The notes below the pieces were generated by a model. The model saw nothing but the letters and a program-made list of their open reading frames with translations, searched no databases and was not told the DNA's origin. Made by a program: the position numbers and the translations under genes. Positions 1-16,359 of a stretch of 64,000 bases of DNA are shown piece after piece (the first letter of the stretch is position 1; every line of letters starts with the position of its first letter). The DNA comes from the human T2T-CHM13v2.0 reference genome, Homo sapiens. Location: the NCBI RefSeq assembly GCF_009914755.1, contig NC_060931.1; one strand, given 5' to 3'.

Positions 1-512
1 GTTGAAGTATAAAGATACCAGCTTCAATAATTGAATAATCTTTCTTGGAGAAATAAGCCAGAAGGCAAAAACAATTGAATAAATACCGACTCAACCTTAA
101 AAATGTCAACACAATGATAACATGCCATAGCAAAATTTCCTGAAAGTCAACAATATCATGGGGGATTAGGTTAGGTTTGGGCTGGGGAGTGGGAGATACC
201 ACTGTGCTAATTGTCGTATCTTTCAGAATAGTTAAGGAATACTGTTTCATTTTTTTGAAATTGATAAATTGAGAAGGCTATTATGCTAAAAACAGACTTT
301 GTATACCTTTGAAATGTAAAAGTAAAATTGAGAGGAAGAAAAGCAACCAAATAAAATAGATTACAGAGTAAAAGGAAACAGGCAACAACAAGGAATAGTA
401 CAAAAGTTAAAACGAGTAAGACTGTTGCACCTGAGATGACCTCACCTGGCATGGACTCAACTAAATTCACTTTCTGTACTAAACAAAAACTATGGTAGTT
501 ACATATAAGTCA

Positions 513-852
<340 letters not shown>

Positions 853-1011
853 AGCAAAAGGATGGTTCAAAAATAAGCCAAGCAAATGCACAGTAAAAGA
901 AAGCGTGAGTATTATTTGATTGCAAAACAAAAAAAAATTAAATGAAACAAGGGTTTAATTGTTATTTTTTTGGTTTATTTAAAAATGTTTGATTTTATCA
1001 TTGTACTCTGA

Positions 1012-1728
<717 letters not shown>

Positions 1729-2302
1729 TAAAATTTTGTTTTGCTTTGGTTTTAGTGGGGCTTTGGGAAAGAGTGAAATTAGATAATATGTTTAGTCCAT
1801 CATTTAAACAGTTAAAACACTTTTAAAACACTTTAACTGGAAGTCAGAGTTTACCTTACAATAATGTTCAGAATCCACAAAAGGGCAGTGTGCTTTATGA
1901 TCTTATATATACGAAGTAACATAGAGAAAAAAAAAGTACTCAGAAGGAGAAATAGAAAATTTAAGGACAGGCAAAGATACTGGATTTGGATAAAATATTT
2001 AAGTTTGAACTTTATATATTGAATTCTTCGTTCTATAGAGACTATGCTTTTCTATGAAACAAGCCAAGGAGCATTAAAAAATTGGTCATGTAATTTACAT
2101 TGCACAATATGGAGATTGTGCGTTGCTTTAAAACTATTGTTAGGGTCTGGGAACAATTTTACTTTTATCAAAGCCATATTTAAACTGTGAAAAATCTTAG
2201 GAGGGAGTAGAGCTATTCTGATTGAAGTTTGGGGTTTGAGACTGGACCTCACCAGGGGTCTCAATCAAAAGAACTTCTCACAGGACACAGTTTGAGAACA
2301 CC

Positions 2303-2474
2303 AGCCAGGCATGGTGTCGTGCACCTATAGTCTTGGCCACTCAGGAAGTTGAGGCAGATGATTGCTTGAGGCCAGGAGGTCAATGCTGCAATGAGCTATG
2401 ATTGCACCACTGCACTCCAGCCTGGGTGACAGAGTGAAACCCTGTCTCAAAAAAAAAAAAAAAAAAAAAAAAAA
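2303..2474 (+). mobile_element. Alu right monomer (FRAM/AluJ-like)
   Basis: Single arm ending gtgaaaccctgtctc + long A tail. Confidence 0.88.
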
Positions 2475-2736
2475 GATGTAAAACACTGTTTTAAGATGTA
2501 ACATTTGTACTTTCAAACATAAATTAATTGACCTTAGGGTCATTACCTTCTGCTTAAGACACATGGTTGGAAGAGCAGTTTCAATTATATATAAATATGT
2601 TGAGTCAACAGTAGGTTAATTTTCATGACTTTGCAGAACTGAAAAGTCTACATATTACTGCTGTCAAAAGATAGGAGCATTTAACAAGTAAAGTGGAAGA
2701 GTCTTCGTGCAAGGACTGTTTAAAATGTTTGGGGCA

Positions 2737-3172
<436 letters not shown>

Positions 3173-3944
3173 CTATAACATATTCTTTGCTTAAAAGGCA
3201 GACGTGTAACTATTGGTAGTGCTTTATGCAGCTATTGATTGGGTCTGCTTCCATAGCTTCCTCTTCTGTCTTTCCTGATTTCTGTATGAGAAAAGGTCTC
3301 AGACAAGTTAAGGGACTCATGGAAGGTGGTGTGAGTTTGAGAACATGGCTGGCAATCTGTAAGTATAGTTTATGTATTTTTGAGAGTAGTGCCTACCTCC
3401 ATCATGCTAGCTTTGGGAAGGTAGTGTTAAAAAAACCAAGGGCTTTTAATGCAAAGTTGATGGTCTTGAATGCTTATATACATATGTTTGGGAAAATTGG
3501 ATTAGTGTAGTTCTTCCCATTTGGGATAAAATATATATATATAAAAGTGGAAGAGAAATGATATGACATTTTAGCATATAGAGGGACTTTCAAAGTAGAA
3601 ACATAATAAAGGAAATTATTCAGGAAAATAATTGGTAGATTTGATCACCTGGACTGTTTAAATACTTATATTGCAGAAAATGTATAACAAGGTAAACAAC
3701 AAGCTGGGAAAAATTAGCAATGTAATGAGCAAGCACAAATATCCTCAGTGTATAAGCATTCACACAAATTGATAAGAAGCACTAAAACTCCAGTAGAAAA
3801 GTTATCCAAGGACAATTCATGAGAGAAATAGAGATCACTAGTATACAAAAAATAATATTCAGTAATAAGTAAATAAATCACTGCACCATGAAATCCTACT
3901 TCTTTTGAATTAGGAAATATTATCCAAAAATGGCAACATTTAAC

Positions 3945-4060
3945 ACTGAGGTAGGGATTATTACCCAGGTTTTAGAGATGAAGAAACCAAGGAATGAAGG
4001 GATTAATTTACTTGCCTGAAATCACATAGCTGGTGCTGGGATTTGAACCTAGCATTGTGT
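3945..4060 (-). mobile_element. MIR fragment
   Basis: ttttagagatgaagaaaccaagg...cttgcctgaaatcacatagct...gggatttgaacc core. Confidence 0.7.
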
Positions 4061-4931
4061 CCCTATTAAGCTGGCCTCACATTATAAATATATACTGTTT
4101 TCAAGCACTTTCAAGCTATATTATACATCCGTTTATGGCAGTAAGTATACATCTTCATTTTTGATGGTTGTATAGAATTTTATTGAATGGATGTAATATA
4201 ATTTATTTAATATATCCTCTATTTTGCGTGTTTCCAGGTTCTGGTGGTGGTTTTGCTATTATAGTGCTTCACCGAACATTTTTGTGTGTGTATATCTTTG
4301 CATACATGTACAAATACTTATGTGGGGTAGGTTCCTAGAAAGGCACTATTTGGCTAATAGGGTATGTGCATTAAAATTTTTGATAGCTAATGTGACCCTT
4401 TATAATGGCTCTTTAACCCTTTACTATCACCTGTGTATAATTTACCACCACCTTCAGTATTAGCACCAGTTTTGAATGGCTTTGCATTAAATTTGTAGGT
4501 AGATTTAGTGATATTCAATATTTCTTTAAAAAATATTGACTCTTCCTCCTCCTGAACCAATTGACCAGAAAACAAAAAACAAAAAAAACAAAACGGACTC
4601 TTCCTGTGTAAGATTAAGGCATGTCTCTGTTTGTCTGCTTGTATGTAGAGAGTTTATTTAAAGAGCAATATTATTTTTAAGGGTAGGAGTAATAGCTTAT
4701 TCATGTAGTTATGTGGTGTATTCTTAAGGGTAACATTCTATTGCTGTTGCCATTCTGAGTGGGATGTTTTCATCCATTATATGTTCTTATTGTTAGACAG
4801 GGTAGTTGTTGATTTCTGTCTATTCATTTAGTAACTGGTCATCTTTTTGAATTCCCTTATTGCTTTAGTTTTTCACTTAATTTCCTTAGTTATTCAAGGT
4901 ATACAGTTATCATCTATAAAGAATGAAATTT

Positions 4932-5222
4932 GCCATGCGCGGTGGCTCACGCCTGCAATCCTAGCACTTTGGGAGGCCGAGGTGGATCGCCTGAGGCCAG
5001 GAGTTTGAGACCAGCCTGGCCAACGTGGTGAAACCCCGTTTTTACTAAAAATACAAAAATTAGCCGGGCGTGGTGGTGCACGCCTGTAGTCCCAGCACTC
5101 AGGAGGCTGAGGCAGAAGAATCGCTCAAACATGGGAGGTGGAGGTTGCAGTGAGCTGAGATTGTGCCACTGCACTCCAGCCTGGGTGACAGAGCAAGACT
5201 CCGTCTCAAAAAAAAAAAAAAG
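4932..5222 (+). mobile_element. Alu (AluS-type)
   Basis: Dimer with A tail; TSD-like agaatgaaattt / agaattaaattt. Confidence 0.95.
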
Positions 5223-5509
5223 AATTAAATTTTAATCTCCTCTTTCTTCCCAAAATCCTTTTCATTTACTCTTTTCTTTTTGATTTGTAATATCTAATTC
5301 TTCCTAACAGTGTAAAATCAGAATAATGATAGTAGATCTCCTTGGCTTAATTCTGGCTTCAATAAGGATTCTTCTAGTGTTTCATTTTATTTTGGTTTGA
5401 GATTTTTTTTTTCCGCCATTATCTCTTCCTAAGGAATCTTTCCCTTTTTAGCTTAAGTTTTTTACTTTCCTGGATTGAGCCTAGATTTTTTTTTTTTTTT
5501 ACTACTTAT

Positions 5510-5792
5510 GTTTTTTTATTTATTTTTTATTTTTTTTGAGATAGAGTCTCACTCTGTTGCCCAGGTTGGAGTGCAGTGGCACCAGGGCTCAAGCGATTCT
5601 TGTGCCTCGGCCTCCTGAGTAGCTGGGACTGCAGGCACGTGCCACCATGCCCAGCTAATTTTTTGTATTTTAGTATAGAGATGGGGTTTTACCATTTTGC
5701 CCAGGGTGGTCTTGAACTCCTGAGCTCAGGTGATCCAACACCTCAGACTCCCAAAGTGCTGGGATTACAGGTGTGAGCCACTGTGCCTGGCC
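5510..5792 (-). mobile_element. Alu with internal deletion in right arm
   Basis: gtgcagtggc joins directly to accagggctcaagcgattc. Confidence 0.9.
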
Positions 5793-5810
5793 TTTTTTCA
5801 CTACTTCTTA

Positions 5811-6269
<459 letters not shown>

Positions 6270-6394
6270 TCAGTATGATAGATATATCGTGCTAAATGTG
6301 GTGGGTGGAAGAAGGTTGTGGTATAATGTGACAGTGAGGAAGCTTGCATTATATAAAAATGCTAAAGGTGACTTCATGTGGCGTAGTTGAGGTC

Positions 6395-6550
6395 AGTGAG
6401 TTCTAAGCTGGTTGACCACCAGAACCATGCGGGTGAGCGAGGGGTGTTAAGAACACAGATGCCCAGCCTTCTCTGGAGATTCCCATTTAGTGAATCGCGC
6501 ACAGCCCCTGGGAATCTGTTTCCGGAGTTTCCCAGGTGATCTGGTCAGCC
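6395..6550. mobile_element. MER5-family hAT DNA transposon fossil
   Basis: gttaagaacacagatgcccagc...ggagattc...gggaatctg...tcccaggtgat pattern. Confidence 0.55.
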
Positions 6551-7310
6551 ACATGTGGCTTATTCTTCCTTGATGCCTACCCAGATCTTAAACTTGCCTT
6601 CCAGGTAAAGTAAGCCATGCTACAACTGGAAAACTCAATCTGAAGTCCTGTAACTAATAGGTAAACATTTTGAGGAACACTTTGAGGACCTGGGCCATGT
6701 CCACCCGCCTCCCCTATCCTCAGTCTGAGTATGGCTCAGTGACTAGTACAGTGCCTGCTACATTGTTACTAGCTAGTAAACTGGTTGAAATAGGGAACGT
6801 TTCTTTTTTTGGTAAATGGTGTCTTGAGCACTTGCCATATTTAAGAATTGTGTTTTGCTTTTGTTTTTTTGGTCCTGCTCTTCATGGCATTGAGCTGTGA
6901 TGTTAACATCTCTAATGGGGCAGGCCAGTCTAGCATTGAGTTCTCCTCCTGGGAAAGAATTTGAGGATGCGTACTTTTTAGATGACATCTACTGAGTTAT
7001 ATTTAATAGATTGTCATTGAAGTTAGTGATGGATGAGCCTATGTTGGTGCAGATTTTATTAAAATTTTAAATTTGAATGTCTCAGATTTTGTTTGATGTT
7101 TGTTACATTATGATTATTCAAAGTAACAAAACTTCAAGTGCATTTGATACTATTAATATATAAGGAATAGCCCAGGAAAATGGAAAGATATTATATTAGA
7201 ATAAAGTGATCTGAAGAATTTGTGCTTTTGCCAGTGTTTTTAAAAATAACGTCAGTTCTGCTAGGAGGGTAAGGATCTCATAGTAAGTTGTTAACACATA
7301 AGAATATTAG

Positions 7311-7618
<308 letters not shown>

Positions 7619-8084
7619 TCATGTTAGTTTGCCTCAGTCACGAAAATCATTGTTGGCTTAATGTCATTGATACTTAAGGTACCCGTGTGACTTTGACAGA
7701 GACCTCCTTCCAAGACTATACTGTCTATAAGAATGTTGTGACTTAAGAATCTGAACATTCCAGCAGCTGTTGCTGAGTCGTATCATCAGTGTTTAGTTGA
7801 ATTTTAGAGTTGTGAGCCTAACAGTGCTCAAGTCTGTTTTTGTAGTCTGACCTTTTCCTGCTGTGGGCCATAGTTATGATTTCAGGGTACAAAACTTTGG
7901 GATGGAAATGAGGCATAGTTGTTGAAGGCCTATCAGGTATCTACTAGATTTACCATTTGTTTCATACATTTCATTCTCACCACTATACAAATTAAACTGT
8001 CCATGGTGCACAGTGGGAAGAATGAATGCTATCACTTGGGATATAGAACAAATTGCTTTTTGTTTGTTTTTTTTAACTTTTCAG

Positions 8085-8205
8085 ATTTTTTTTTTTTTTT
8101 TCGAGACAGGATCTCGCTCTGTCACCCGGGCTACAGGGCAGTGGGGCAGTCATAGTTCACTGCAACCTCGAACTCCTGGGCTTAACGGGTCCTCTTGCCT
8201 CAGTC
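8085..8205 (-). mobile_element. Partial Alu (J-type) inserted within a MIR
   Basis: polyT + cgagacaggatctcgctctgtcacc; MIR-like sequence resumes at ~8206-8340. Confidence 0.8.
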
Positions 8206-10427
8206 TATTATCCCCATTTTATAGTAACTGACATACAGATAGGTAAAGTAACTTGCCCAAAGATACACATTTGGCAAATAGTGGGGCTGGGATTTGAACT
8301 CAGTGTGGTGCCAAAGTGCATGATCTTAACCAGTATAGTATACTCAAAATACGAAGATGATATAATAGCCTGAATGAAACTTAGCACCTAATTTTAATAA
8401 ATGTTAACGCTTTACCATATTCGTTTCAGTGGTTTTTTTTTTTTTTTTTTTTTTTTCTGAAACCCATTACACATAGACCACTGCTCCTCTTTAAGTAGGA
8501 GATTGTAGGAGATGATATCTGTGATTTTTTTTTTCTGGGTCCATCAGATTCTTTTTCTGACTTTCAGCATCCCTCTTGCAAATATTGGTCCTTCCGCTGG
8601 CGGTTTGACAATGATTACCTTTTTTACAACTGGTGAGAATACATTGAGCTGTTATTTCTGGAGTATTTGCCATGTGCCAGGCACTGTGCCGGGGGTGTAG
8701 ATATAACCATGAGAAAGGACCCTGTTCTGGGCAGCGTGTGGAACTCATAGTCTAACAGTGTGGGAAGGTGGATTTATTTAAGCATAAGGTGCATCATTTT
8801 TGTGGGAAGTAGCTGATGTAGCTTGTTAAAGACACAGATTTGATGATTTTAGTGATTTCTGGTCTGCTTGTTGGATTCCATAGGCATCTTTAGCCTTGGG
8901 TTAGTAATTCACTTATTTATATTTATTTTCTGGAATATAATTCCAGAAATATGTTAAAATTGGGAAGGATCTGGAATTCTAAAGGTCAGGCTCTCTATTG
9001 CCTCCACCCTGGGTTGGCTCTTGGTTGGCTCTGAATTCTACCTTGTAGGTGGAACCCCGGAGTGGAGTTGTGGTAGGTCCACTTGGCCTTGTACTCTGTT
9101 TCCAGCTCTTGAGTTGTGGAGCTGGAGAGGGCTTCACCTGGGTCTTGCCTCCAGAAGCTCCTTGTAGGCCTGAGGAGTCTCAGGACTTGGCATTGCCCTG
9201 GCTCCTGTGGCACGAAGACCTCAGGTCCTGTGGAAGTTGAGCAGCAATGTGTGATTTGAGGGGAGCTGACTTGTTTTTTTTTGGTTTCCCCAGACCTTAT
9301 CCATTCACTGTGTGTTCAAAAATAGTAAAATTAGCATATGGTAAACCATACTTAAAAATCGTAAAATTAATTTATTAGAATTTAGAAATATTACCGGATC
9401 AAAAATTTAATATTAAGCATATTGAAATAATTTTTAAAATTGAATGAATAAAGTTAGTTTCAACACTGCTAGTGTTAGCAGTGTTGAAATAATAATAATA
9501 AGCATTATTACAGAATGACGGCTTGGTTATCCAGACGTTACTGTTAATTAGAGTAGTCCTAATAAGAAAGGAAGCGCTGATGAGTCTTCTCGATTTACTT
9601 ACCGCGTTTCAACTTTATTTCCAGCAGATGGTTCTGAGTGGTGGTTTTTTTTCCCACCACCCCCCCTTTTATATTTAGGAGATTAGCAAATGCTTTTGGA
9701 ACAGATAGTAGTATTTTGGCATTTGTTTTAGTTAAGACTTTTGGAATCTATCATGCAGTGTCTTGACAGAAAATGGGCTCCTTCTGAAATGAGATGATAA
9801 AGAGATGCTCTTGTCAGATGATTCTCAGGAGACGGCAGTAGCTGTTTCTTAGACATATGCCATGACATTTTAAGAAAATTATATAATCATTTTCTAACCG
9901 CCGCCCCCCACCCCGCAAAGTTCAGGAAGTTTGTATAAAAGTTCTAGGAAGTAAGTACACTTCTTAGAGAGCCAGTGTTGGAATTAGCCTGCATATGTAG
10001 ATGGGAGTTCTTTTTCTGCAGTTCACTAATGTGGGCAGTTTAATCAACTTCTCAGTGCCTCCCTTTTCTCATTTGCAAAACAGGGATAATTTCTACTTTC
10101 TTCACAGGGTTTTTGTAAAGATAGAGTGTAAAAGCACTTTTAAAGTTATTAGGGATGCATAAATGTAATTTATATGTTAGTATATATGTGTTTCTTTTTT
10201 TCTACTAGAAACAAGCATAATATTTTAAGTTTTTGCAAAACTGCTTTCTTTGAAATTAGTGTTTGATTCTCAGTGATCACAAGTTTTTTTTTTTTTTTTT
10301 TTTAATTTCAAGGAGTATTCTGAGGCTTGCTATTTTAGGACTTGGAGAGCTTATAATAAAAGACATTAATCCAATATAGACGAGAGTATTATTATCTAAA
10401 CATGTGTTGATGACTTTGTGCTTTTAG

Positions 10428-10483
10428 GTATACCAAGCTTGGCTACGCAGGCAACACTGAGCCCCAGTTCATTATTCCTTCAT
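10428..10483 (+). CDS. ACTR3B: ACTR3B coding exon 2 (56 nt): (G)YTKLGYAGNTEPQFIIPS(C)
   Basis: ttttag|G TAT ACC AAG CTT GGC ... CCT TCA T|gtaagt; actin-fold phosphate-1 loop region. Confidence 0.96.
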
Positions 10484-10984
10484 GTAAGTAAAGCTCTATC
10501 CTTGGGTTTATAAAGGTTTGTGTTTCTCAGAATTGTTCTAAGTGTTCTGATTCTGTTTTTCAAGGTATATTAATGTACTTACCATCTTCTTTTAGAAGAC
10601 CGTTCTGGTTACCCCACAACTTTCTAGTCCTTCTGTTCCATTCTGATAAAGCCCCTTGTCACTGTCGTTGGAATCTCAGCTTGGATAGTCAGCAGGGTCC
10701 ATTTATTCAATTATAAATGCCTGAACTGCCTAGAAAAAGTATATCTGGTCTTTAAGGTAAATTTGTAATTTTAAGTACATACAGTCTGTTAGCTTAGTAA
10801 CTTAATGGACTGAATATCTCTTGTACTACACTATTCACTCTATCGAAAGATTCTTTTTTTTTTTGGTGGAAATGATAGGCCTGATGACTGTTTTTATTGT
10901 GTTTAGTAGTATTCTGTTTTTGTTTAAGTTTTAATCAGTAGAGAATAACAGAAGTGTCCTTGCAGTTTGGCATGGGGCGTTCTA

Positions 10985-11344
<360 letters not shown>

Positions 11345-11821
11345 GATAGGATTCCCTGGAACTATCTGTATTTCAGGTTATTATTTGGAAACAGTTTTCT
11401 AAAGAGTAGGATGTATTAATCAAGAGAAAGTGAAACTCTGTTCTCTACATGTAGCTCTAATAAGATAAGTTGTGATTTTAGAAATTGTAAGTTTTTAGGG
11501 GGCCACGATGTTGTAATAACAGGCTTTGTGAACAGTGGGGAACGTCGACAGGGAAAAAACAGCTGGAGAGAAGGTGCTTGATTAGTGCTTATTCGGGGAG
11601 GGCTAAAGCTCTATTTGGTGAATGTGGGTATTCACATCACTAGAAAGCGGACTCCAGATTCTTTGAGAACATTTAAGTAACCTCATTCCGGTTCCTTGCT
11701 TGCTGAAAAACTGGCCATGAATGTGATTTTCTAGATCTAAACGCTCTGCTGCCATGAATGGGTTATCCTGATGACAGGCATGATTGGTCTGCTGTGTCCT
11801 CATTTTGAATTCAGAAATGAG

Positions 11822-12195
11822 TGTCTTAGTGTGCTTGGGCTGCCATAACAAAATACTAAAGACTGGGGAAATTAATGTTATCATAGTCTGGAGGTTGCAA
11901 GTCCAAGATCAAGGTGCTGTCAGGGTTGGTTTCCGGTGAGGCCTCTCTCCACGGCCTGCAGAGGGCTGCCTTCTCTCTGTGTCCTCCCATGGTCTCATCT
12001 CTGTGTCAGTGTGTGGGGTTGCTGGGGACCTCGCTGGTGTCTCTTTCTCTGCTGATAAGGCCACCACTCTTATTGATGGGGACCCCACATTTACCCCAAC
12101 CACCTCTCTAAAAGTTTCATCTCCAAATACAGTCACATTGAGGGTTAGGGCTTCTGCGTAGTGAATTCTGTGGGGACATGGTTCAGTCTATGACA
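11822..12195. mobile_element. MaLR solo LTR (MLT1/MST-type)
   Basis: tgtcttagt...gctgccataacaaaatac...aagtccaagatcaaggtg...ctccaaatacagtcacattgagggttagggctt. Confidence 0.85.
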
Positions 12196-12329
12196 ATTGG
12201 TGTTCTGTAGGATGAATCAGTCTTTTGTGAATTTCATTAATGTGAATGCCCCAGAACCTGATCATTCCATGCTGAGTTGATAAATTGAACTCCCTGACTT
12301 TTCAAAGCAGAAGATTAGATTTTAACCTT

Positions 12330-12610
12330 GTTAAGTGCGACAGCTATAAAAGGCTGACCTTGCACCTTTTGCTTTAATGTGTTGCCATTTAAAGCTGTCG
12401 GTAGCATTCAGTTGGCTGCCCCATTTAACCTGTCATCATTAATAGAGACGGGAAGCGAAGACAGTTATTATCAGGATTTCATTCACTGTCAAAAAGCAGG
12501 AGAGCTCTCAGGCTGCAGCTGTCAGAACCTTAGCAGTCGCAGAAGCTAGGAGGATAATACAAATGTCAAAGAGGTGGGAGTAAAAGAACAGTTACATTGT
12601 TGGGCTGAGT
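12330..12610. promoter_or_regulatory. Candidate intronic enhancer (MEIS/TGIF-type CTGTCA cluster)
   Basis: Non-repeat block with CTGTCA at 12430, 12486 and 12519, an overlapping E-box CAGCTG, and TATAAAAG at 12345. Confidence 0.35.
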
Positions 12611-12617
12611 TTGTTGT

Positions 12618-12786
12618 GGGGGGGGGGGAGGGGAGGGGGAGGGGGAGAGGGAGGGAGAGGGAGGGAGAGAGAGGGGGAGGGGGAGGGGGGAGAGGGGGGG
12701 GGGGAGGGGGAGGGAGAGAGAGAGAGAGAGACAGAGAGAGAGACAGAGAGAGAGAGAGAGAGGAGAGAGAAGAGAGAGAAGAGAGG
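12618..12786 (+). repeat. G/GA-rich polypurine low-complexity tract
   Basis: 169 bp of G/A with only two C; G-runs followed by (GA)n. Confidence 0.95.
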
Positions 12787-13475
12787 CAAGAGGGGCCCCA
12801 GGAGTCAAGGTTAGAAGATGTTCGGGCAGAAGTGAGGATACTGAGATGTGGAAGTGAGGCCCTGGGTCACCGTGGACAGTTGGCCTGCTGCGTGTCTTGG
12901 GGCTGGGAGTGGAACCATTTTGTGCAAGTGTGTGGATGTGTGTGCTGAGTGCTGGAGCAAGACTTTCTCTGCGTGGCATGGAGGTGAGGTGCTGTGGGGG
13001 TGTGGAGAAGCAGGGGTGCTGTGGGATGGTGGGGAGAGCGCCAGGAGGTGGAGACCTGTGGGGAAGGACTGGGTGGCAAGGGACTTGCAAGTGTCCTCTT
13101 AAGGAATTCTGTTTTTATTTTGCATACCAGGAATTTTCAGACTGTTTTTGAGGCTTCTCTCTGGGGCCTGGCCCACTGGACTAGAGAATCCTCAAGCCCC
13201 GTCCCTGCCTCCAGGGGCAGCTCTGCTTATGTCTGGTTTGTTGGAGCTTCTGTGCAGAATTTGCTTGGTTGCTTGAAGAAAGTTATTCCCTACTTTTTTT
13301 TCTTAAGTTGTTGGAGGATATTGGTGGTCCTGCCGCAGCTTCAGGCGGAGAATGTGTGGTGATCAGAGAATGTGTGGTGTAGAAAGAGGCTAGAGGAGGA
13401 GCAGCGAGGGGCTGAGAAAAAGGGCACACATTTTAGACATTCAATATTGGAAGAGTTCAGGTGTGAAGAGGTTTA

Positions 13476-13946
<471 letters not shown>

Positions 13947-15164
13947 TCAGACCTCTCTTCTTTTCCTCTTTTCTTTCCTCTGGTGGATATTTTCTGGTTG
14001 TGTTTCTACTCCATTTTTATCCGTATATTACATGTACAAAGATACATTGTTTTGTGAGTTCATACATTTCCAATATGGTATCACACTGTAAATAACTTTC
14101 TGCATGGTCTTTAAAAAGAAAAACCCTCAATATTATGTTTTTATCATACATACAGATCCACATCAGAATTCTAACGTGAATATACAACAGTTTTTTTCCT
14201 TTTGGGCATTTTTCACAGTTCTCTGTTATATAAAATGGTGCAGTAAAAATTTCCTTATGCGTATCTGCTAGTTTCCTGAGAGGAAATAATCAGAAATTGT
14301 TTTGTCACAGAGCGTACACCCCTTCATCCTTAGGCAACACCTAATTAGGTATTGCCACGTTACTCCTCCAGGAGGCTGTTCTGATGGATATCCCATCAGC
14401 AGTGTGTGAGAGTTTCTGTTTCATAGATTCTTGATAATTGGTATTGTGTGACTTACATTTTGGTCAGTCTAATGAATGTAAAATGATGGCTCATTCAAAA
14501 AATTTCTATTTCTCAGATTACTGGTAAGGTTGAGCACCTTTCATTGCCTGTTCATATCTTTGCCCATTTTTCTATTGCATTTTTAAATGGAATTATAGGA
14601 ACGCTTTGTAGAGGTTAAATATGAATTTTTCGCAGATACTTTTTTATTCTATGACATTTTTAAAAATTATCTTTTATCATCTAGAAATTTAAAATTTTGA
14701 TATAGTAATACTTTTCAGTCTTTTTCTTTTATAATTTGTTTCTGTTTAAAAAATGCATTTCTACTCCAAAGTCATAAAGACTTTCTATATTTTTTCTAAG
14801 AAAATTTTAAGTTAATTTGTGAGTATGGTGTGAAGGAGATAGGTAATTTTGTTTTCCATGCGGAAGGCTAGTTGTCCCAACACTATTTATTAAAGAGTGT
14901 GTTCCCATTTGGCACACCTCTTTGATCATATCGAGGTACCATTTATGCTTGGGAATGTTTTCGGTGTCTTTTGTTTCATTGATGTATTTATCTGTGTTCC
15001 GTACGTTCCATACTCACAGTGTTAAACACTATTACTTTATCATGTTTTAATCTAGTGGGTTTGATTCCTACTCATTTTTTTTCTCAGAATAGCTTTGGCT
15101 CTTACTCTTTAGTGTTCATTTTAGAATCAGCTTAAGTTCCATGAAAATTATAATGGGGTTTTGA

Positions 15165-15505
<341 letters not shown>

Positions 15506-15659
15506 TTGATTATTATTTATAGATTAATTGGGGAAAAATTTGACGTCAAATTTGACTTTCATGGATAGGAATTGAGTATTCCTATCCTTGAAGATGGTAT
15601 ATGTGTTTTATTGTTTATTCATGTCTCTCGTGTTTTTCAGTAGTGTTCTAATGTTCTAA

Positions 15660-15960
<301 letters not shown>

Positions 15961-15988
15961 TTAAAGTATTCTTTAAAAAGCTCTTACA

Positions 15989-16272
15989 GGCCAGGCGCAG
16001 TGGTTCACACCTGTAATTCCAGCATTTTGGGAGGGCTAAGGTGGGTGGATCACTTGAGGCCAGGAGTTAGAGACCAGCCCAGCCAACATGGTGAAACCTT
16101 GTCTCTACTAAAAAATACAAAAATTAGCCGGATGTGGTGGCTCACACCTGTAATCCCAGCTACTTGGAAGGCTGAGGCATGAGAATTGCTTGAACCTGGG
16201 AGTCGAGGTTGCAGTGAGCTGAGATTGCGTCACCGCACTCCAGCCTGGGCAGCAGAACCAGACGCTGTCTCA

Positions 16273-16308
<36 letters not shown>

Positions 16309-16338
16309 ACAGCAACAACAAACAACAACAACAACAAA
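15989..16338 (+). mobile_element. Alu with (CAA)n microsatellite tail
   Basis: Dimer then (caa)n at ~16275-16335; TSD-like aaagctcttaca / aaagcccttaca. Confidence 0.95.
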
Positions 16339-16359
16339 GCCCTTACACTCGTACACAGA

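Noticed and set aside
9577-9637. TGATGA ... CTGA resembling snoRNA C and D boxes
   Set aside because: C box lacks the 5' purine, the span is short and there is no terminal stem
10422-10433. AG|GT at the starts of exons 2 and 3 as recursive splice sites
   Set aside because: The regenerated donors (GTATAC, GTATTG) fit the GTRAG consensus poorly and are dictated by coding sequence
12566-13151. Overlapping Pro/Ser- and Gly/Arg/Glu-rich ORFs on both strands
   Set aside because: Artefacts of the stop-free polypurine tract
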